Source: Octopus sinensis
Lineage: Eukaryota
DNA: 12,093 bases
Assembly (NCBI RefSeq): GCF_006345805.1
Contig: NW_021826700.1
Span: 1 to 12,093, forward strand
Direction: 5' to 3'
Shown piece after piece: positions 7,726 to 12,093 of the stretch (position 1 is its first letter; each line of letters opens with the position of its first letter). Both the position numbers and the translations under genes were made by a program. The notes below the pieces were generated by a model. The model saw only the letters and a program-made list of their open reading frames with translations. It did no database searches and was not told the origin of the DNA.

Positions 7726-8690
7726 GTTTTAAAAACTACAAATTTATATTTTAAAAAGAAAACGTTCAGTCTGGCTTCCCAAATCGAGGCAAGTAAAGGT
7801 TCTTACATCATCCGTTTTGACATTTTGTCACCTCCGCTTGTTAATATTTTTGAGAAAGAAAGCAAAGACAGCAGCAGCAGCAGCAGTAGTAGTAGCAACA
7901 ACAACAACAACATCACAACCATCAGCACCAACAAAAACATAACAGAAAAATGAAGAGAAGGCAAGGAATCAATCCACTTTGACCCTAAAAAAGAAGACAC
8001 ACCACCAGAAATAGACAGCTGATTCTTGGTGGTAGATGTCCCCTTGGACATATAGGTCAAAACGAGCATCTTACAGATGCGGAAACTTTACTAACAAAAC
8101 TATTCGGGTCAAGGCCTAAAATTGTGGGTGAAAATGGACAGCCAAAATCTGGACACAATTCCAGATATCATAAATTCACACGGTGGCACCAACCTCCACG
8201 TGGCCTTTGAAAGCTGATGGTTTCGGTATCATCTGTGTGGGAACACAAATCATCTAAAATTCTTCTATTGCCCACAACAAATTAGAGAAAGGAGCCTCTC
8301 AATTTTGCCAACATCATCAACACCACCACCACCGCCACCACCACAGCAACAATAACAACAATAGCAACAGCACCAACAGAGGCAGGTGACGATCGCGGCT
8401 ACAAAATCAATAGTAACAGTAGCAGCAACACTAATCGCAGCAGCACGGGCAGCAGCAAAAACAACAGCATCAACCCCGGTCCCCGCCACCAAAAAAGCAA
8501 CAACGTTATGAATAGGACAACGCCAAAAAGCTCTACAAGATTTGCCCCTCCCCTGTTCGGAGCACTCAGACATACCTTGCGCGGATAGGGACGACGAAAG
8601 ACCAAAATGGCAAGAGGTCGCCTGAACACACAAAAGAAAAAGAAACAGAACCAAACACACAGACAATTCAGACATAGACTTTCCCAAATG
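7726..8690 (+). mobile_element. Decayed gag-like ORF1 of a non-LTR retrotransposon (zinc knuckle + low-complexity linker)
   Basis: One + frame (codons start at 7801) with 9 stops reads ...GLKLWVKMDSQNLDTIPDIINSHGGTNLHVAFES*WFRYHLCGNTNHLKFFYCPQ (Y-x2-C-x4-H-x5-C at 8227-8271; TAT is one substitution from TGT). A P/Q/A/T-rich linker follows, then KWQEVA*THKRKRNR (8605-8649), resembling the W..V..K.KR motif of LINE ORF1 proteins. The boundaries are approximate. Confidence 0.5.
7869..7911. repeat. Compound (CAG)(TAG)(CAA) trinucleotide repeat
   Basis: Directly visible. Confidence 0.9.
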
Positions 8691-8741
8691 CAACAATAAA
8701 TTAACATTGATATTTTTTCACCGTTGTTGCAATCATCTGAA

Positions 8742-9746
8742 ATGCAACTGTCAAAGCGCGATATTCGAGCAATTTTGCTATTCAACATCAAAAAAGGATG
8801 TAAAGCAGCTGAAACTGCTCACGATGTCAACGAAACGTTTGGTGAGGAAATGACCAGTGAGTGGTCAGTTTGAAAATGGCTTAAACGATTTAGCAGTGGA
8901 AACCTGAAGATCTTGAGCGTAGTGGACGCCCGTCTGTCATCGTATGACGGTCAACTGAAGATTGTCATTGAGAAAGACCCACGTAAAACCACTCGAGAAC
9001 TGGCAAAAGAACTTCAAGTCAGCCAGAAAATGCCTGAAACCATTTGCATGCGATCGGAAAATCAGAAAAGCTCGACATTTGAGTACCACACGATTTGAAT
9101 GAAAATCAGAAAATGTGAACTTATGAAATGTGCTCGTCGCTTCTTCGCCGAAACCAGACCGATCCAATTCTTGACCGTATTTGCGATGAAAAGTAGATTC
9201 TGTATAATAATAGAAAATGTTTTTCGCAGTGGATGGACCCAAATGAAGCACCGAAAAGCTTCCCTAAACCCGATCTCTTCAAAAAAGAGATTATGGTGAT
9301 TGTTTAGTGATGTGCTTGTTGGACTCATCCACTATAACTTATTAAAACCCAGAAAATCCATTACTGCAGAAACATATTACCAAGAAATTGCCAATATGAA
9401 CGAAAAACTGCTACTCCTCTGTCTCAGACTGGTCAACAGAAGAGGGCCAATCATTCTTCATGACAATACTCGACCACACGTTTCACTAATGACGCCCCAG
9501 AGGTTTAGGGAATCTGGCTACGAAGATATTCCCTACTCAGCCTATTCCCAAGACCTTTCTCCCAACGACTACCACTTTTTCAAGTATCTTTATGGTTTCC
9601 TTCGAGAGAAGGAGTTGAAAAATCAAAACGATGCTGAAAGCGCGTTCAAAGAGTCCATCAACTCCAGAACTCCAGATTTTTATGTTAACGGAATAAACAA
9701 ACTTTGTAACTCATTGGCAAAAATGTGTACAGACTTTGATGAATAA
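8742..9746 (+). mobile_element. Mariner (cecropia/Hsmar1-like) transposase pseudogene, D,D34D
   Basis: The ATG at 8742 begins MQLSKRDIRAILLF...AAETAHDVNETFGEE (HTH). *VPHDL lies at 9080-9097, CDEK* has D at 9185, HDNTRPH has D at 9462 and YSQDLSPNDY has D at 9567, with exactly 34 residues between the last two Asp. There are multiple stops and frameshifts, and no TIRs were recognised. Confidence 0.95.
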
Positions 9747-9825
9747 AATTTCTCTTTATTGTAAGGGCTGTGTGATGTGGTACTAAAGAGCCATTCTTGT
9801 CAACTCGCATCGCACGGTCCTTACA

Positions 9826-10503
9826 GTCCGTTGGCTTTGTCGGGGTAATGTTTTGAACAGATTTGTATCATGCTTAGAAGAATATTTCTTGAAAGGAAAC
9901 AGTTGCCAGAATTGAACAACGAAGACGGGTTATTTAAACTGATGCTTCTAAGTGACAGGTACTTGAATGATTAAAATTTGCATTTACAAGAGAGAGGTCA
10001 AACAGTATTTGATGTTTTTGAATATTGGAAAGGATTTTGTTAAAATCAGATTTTTTTGCGTGATAAATTTAGCAATACATAAAAATACTTTCCAAATGTA
10101 AAAGATTATTCAAATCGATTTAATATTTAATAAAAACGAACTTCAAAAATATATTGCAACGTTGAAACAAGAATTTTCCAAGTGAGATAAATATTTCGAA
10201 ACAGATGCTCCTATATTTTCATTTCTCATGAAACCCGACTTTGAGGGATTTGAAAACAAACTCATTTAATCTATCACATTTTGGCTAAAAAACAAATATA
10301 CAGGATAGCTTTGAAGTGGAAATGATTGAATTAACCACTTCAGAATTATGGGGGGAAAATATATGGAATTACGAAAATCTCTTGAAAGAAGCAGCTTACA
10401 GAATTCAGTTGCCATCTTCAATCGCTGGGAGACGTTGCCTGAAAGATTCAATTCTTTGAAGAAAATCGCCTCAGCTCGGCTTTCACCCTTTAGCTCAACA
10501 TAT
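9826..10503 (+). mobile_element. hAT (Charlie/SPIN-type, GTF2IRD2-like) transposase fragment, decayed
   Basis: Pieces in several frames read VRWLCRGNVLNRFVSCLEE / LPELNNEDGLFKLMLLSD / NLHLQERGQTVFDVFEYWKGF / FEVEMIELTTSELW / FNRWETLPERFNSLKKIASARLSPFSSTY. These match the hAT motifs VRWLSRG, NL.LQG and the C-terminal dimerisation motif W..LP..F..L...A......FGSTY. Confidence 0.9.
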
Positions 10504-10536
10504 ACAGGATTACCCCAAATCAACAGAACCTATAAA

Positions 10537-10689
10537 ATTTCGGTTTCCGTCTACCCAATCCACTCACAAAGATTTGGTCATCCCGAGACTATAGTAGAAA
10601 ACAATTTCCCAAAATGCCATGCAGTGGAAACTGAATCTGGATCTACGTGCTTGCGGAGCAAGTTTCTTACCACACAGCCATGCCTATGC
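10537..10689 (-). mobile_element. tRNA-derived SINE (second octopus-type family)
   Basis: On the - strand it begins GCATAGGCATGGCTGTGTGGTAAG (A-box), has a degenerate B-box ATCCAGATTCAGTTTCC, then ...TTTTCTACTATAGTCTCGGGATGACCAAATCTTTGTGAGTGGATTGGGTAGACGGAAACC. A paralogue lies at 11631-11786. Confidence 0.8.
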
Positions 10690-10888
10690 ATGTGTGTTTA
10701 TGTATAAGTCTATATATACGATGGACAGGACAAACAAATATTTAAATAATATTTCTGACGTGCGTGTAACAAAGTTATTCTATTAAGTTGCATAGTTATA
10801 GAAAGATAGAGAGAGAGGGAAAAATAAATCATATATACGTGTGTGTATAAATGTTAAATCTTAAAAGAAAAATAACAAAAATTGATTT
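10537..10888. repeat. Local duplication, copy A (SINE plus ~200 nt shared flank)
   Basis: Aligns to 11631-12045 through the SINE and on through unique flank ending AAATGTTAAATCTTAAAAGAAAA..ACAAAAATTG. Identity is roughly 85% by eye. Confidence 0.9.
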
Positions 10889-10894
10889 CACTAT

Positions 10895-11028
10895 TTGCGT
10901 TCTGAGTTCCTTTCCTGTCGAACTCCCCTTCGCCTTTCATTTCTCAGAGGTGCTGAAGTCCAATTACTCGACTTTCGACCTTCCCCACAAAAACACAACC
11001 ACTGGCCTTGTACCTAATCCAGAAACCA
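10895..11028 (+). mobile_element. Diverged, 5'-truncated SINE of the 5327-5542 family
   Basis: GCGTTCTGAGTTC...CGCCTTTCAT...CGACCTTCCCCACAAAAA...GGCCTTGTACCTAATCCAGAAACC follows the same order of blocks as the family body and 3' end. Confidence 0.6.
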
Positions 11029-11204
11029 CTTAGTAGGTGGCAATCTAGGATTTTAGGACAAAGAATTGCTACGCGGTGTCATATGTAATCATGTATGATT
11101 ATATAAAGATGCATGAGGATATATATACATACACAAACACGCACAACTATATGTGTGTGTATCAGTGTGTGTGTGCACATGAGTGTGTGAATCTATGTAC
11201 ATTC

Positions 11205-11205
<1 letters not shown>

Positions 11206-11261
<56 letters not shown>
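11206..11261. repeat. (TA)n microsatellite
   Basis: Perfect TA run within a longer TA/TG-rich region. Confidence 0.98.
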
Positions 11262-11267
<6 letters not shown>

Positions 11268-11464
11268 TGTATATATATGCATGTATGTATATATGTATGT
11301 ATATGCGGGCTAACTTAAGGCGATGCCCTCATGGAGCTAATAAGCGGACAGCTTTTTTCTTATTTTTATAAGAATGCCATATTAGTATGGCGATAACTAT
11401 TATTTTCCGGGAACGCTGCCGCTGTTCTCTTTTAGAGAGACTTAGTTATTTTAATATTTCTATC

Positions 11465-11626
<162 letters not shown>

Positions 11627-11630
11627 AAGA

Positions 11631-11786
11631 ACTTCTTTCGATTTCCGTCTACCAAATCCACTCGTAAGGCTTTGGTCAGCCCGAGGCTATAGTAGAAGAC
11701 ACTTTCCCAAATTGCCATGCAGTGAAACTGAACCTGGATCTATCTGCTTGCGAACCATCTATCTTACCACATAGCCACGCCTATGC
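11631..11786 (-). mobile_element. tRNA-derived SINE (second family), copy within duplication B
   Basis: CTTCTTTCGATTTCCGTCTACCAAATCCACTCGTAAGGCTTTGGTCAGCCCGAGGCTATAGTAGAAGACAC...CTTACCACATAGCCACGCCTATGC is the same family and orientation as 10537-10689. Confidence 0.82.
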
Positions 11787-12045
11787 ATGTGTGTTTATGT
11801 ATAAGTCTTTATACAGGATGAACAGGACAAACAAATATTTAAATAATAATTCTGACGTGCATGTAACAATGTTATGGTTGCTTGGAACCAAAATCTCACC
11901 GACAAATGATCGTCAGGAACAACTTAATTGTATTAATTTGCATAGTTATAGAAAGATAGAGAGAGAGGGAGAAATAAATCATATATACATGTGTGTTTAG
12001 ATACAAATGTTAAATCTTAAAAGAAAAGTAACAAAAATTGGTTTA
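11631..12045. repeat. Local duplication, copy B
   Basis: Paralogous to 10537-10888, with an extra ~53 nt at 11876-11928. Confidence 0.9.
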
Positions 12046-12093
12046 CCTTTATAAAGCCGACTCCAAATATTACTTCAGTTTCAAATTGTTTAC

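Noticed and set aside
7803-9328. - strand ORFs 7803..8069, 8265..8696, 8399..8791, 8937..9251 and 9062..9328
   Set aside because: These are antisense shadows of the low-complexity ORF1 remnant and the mariner transposase.

Overview
AT-rich, microsatellite-dense animal genomic DNA. The SINE sequences resemble octopus (cephalopod) tRNA-derived SINEs as I recall them; this was not checked against a database. The one well-supported host gene is on the - strand and encodes a secreted or cell-surface leucine-rich-repeat (LRR) protein. Its first coding exon (6191-6001) encodes a signal peptide plus an LRR N-terminal cap (LRRNT). It splices in phase 2 to a 72-nt single-LRR exon (2509-2438) that the ORF track misses, and the gene continues off the left edge of the window. 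Downstream of that exon is a ~1.3 kb-period tandem duplication (147-956 / 1439-2267) with a steep identity gradient. Each copy carries a speculative 87-nt phase-2 exon with an LRR-like ending. The rest is decayed transposable elements: a Penelope-like RT, several SINEs, a Helitron-like 5' end, an R4/Dong-like LINE fragment, a gag-like ORF1 remnant, a mariner D,D34D transposase and a hAT transposase. There is also a second local duplication (10537-10888 / 11631-12045) and (AAG)n / (TA)n microsatellites. I see no prokaryotic features, CRISPR arrays or structural RNA genes. No new biological system is demonstrated; the best lead is possible LRR exon duplication inside the LRR gene.
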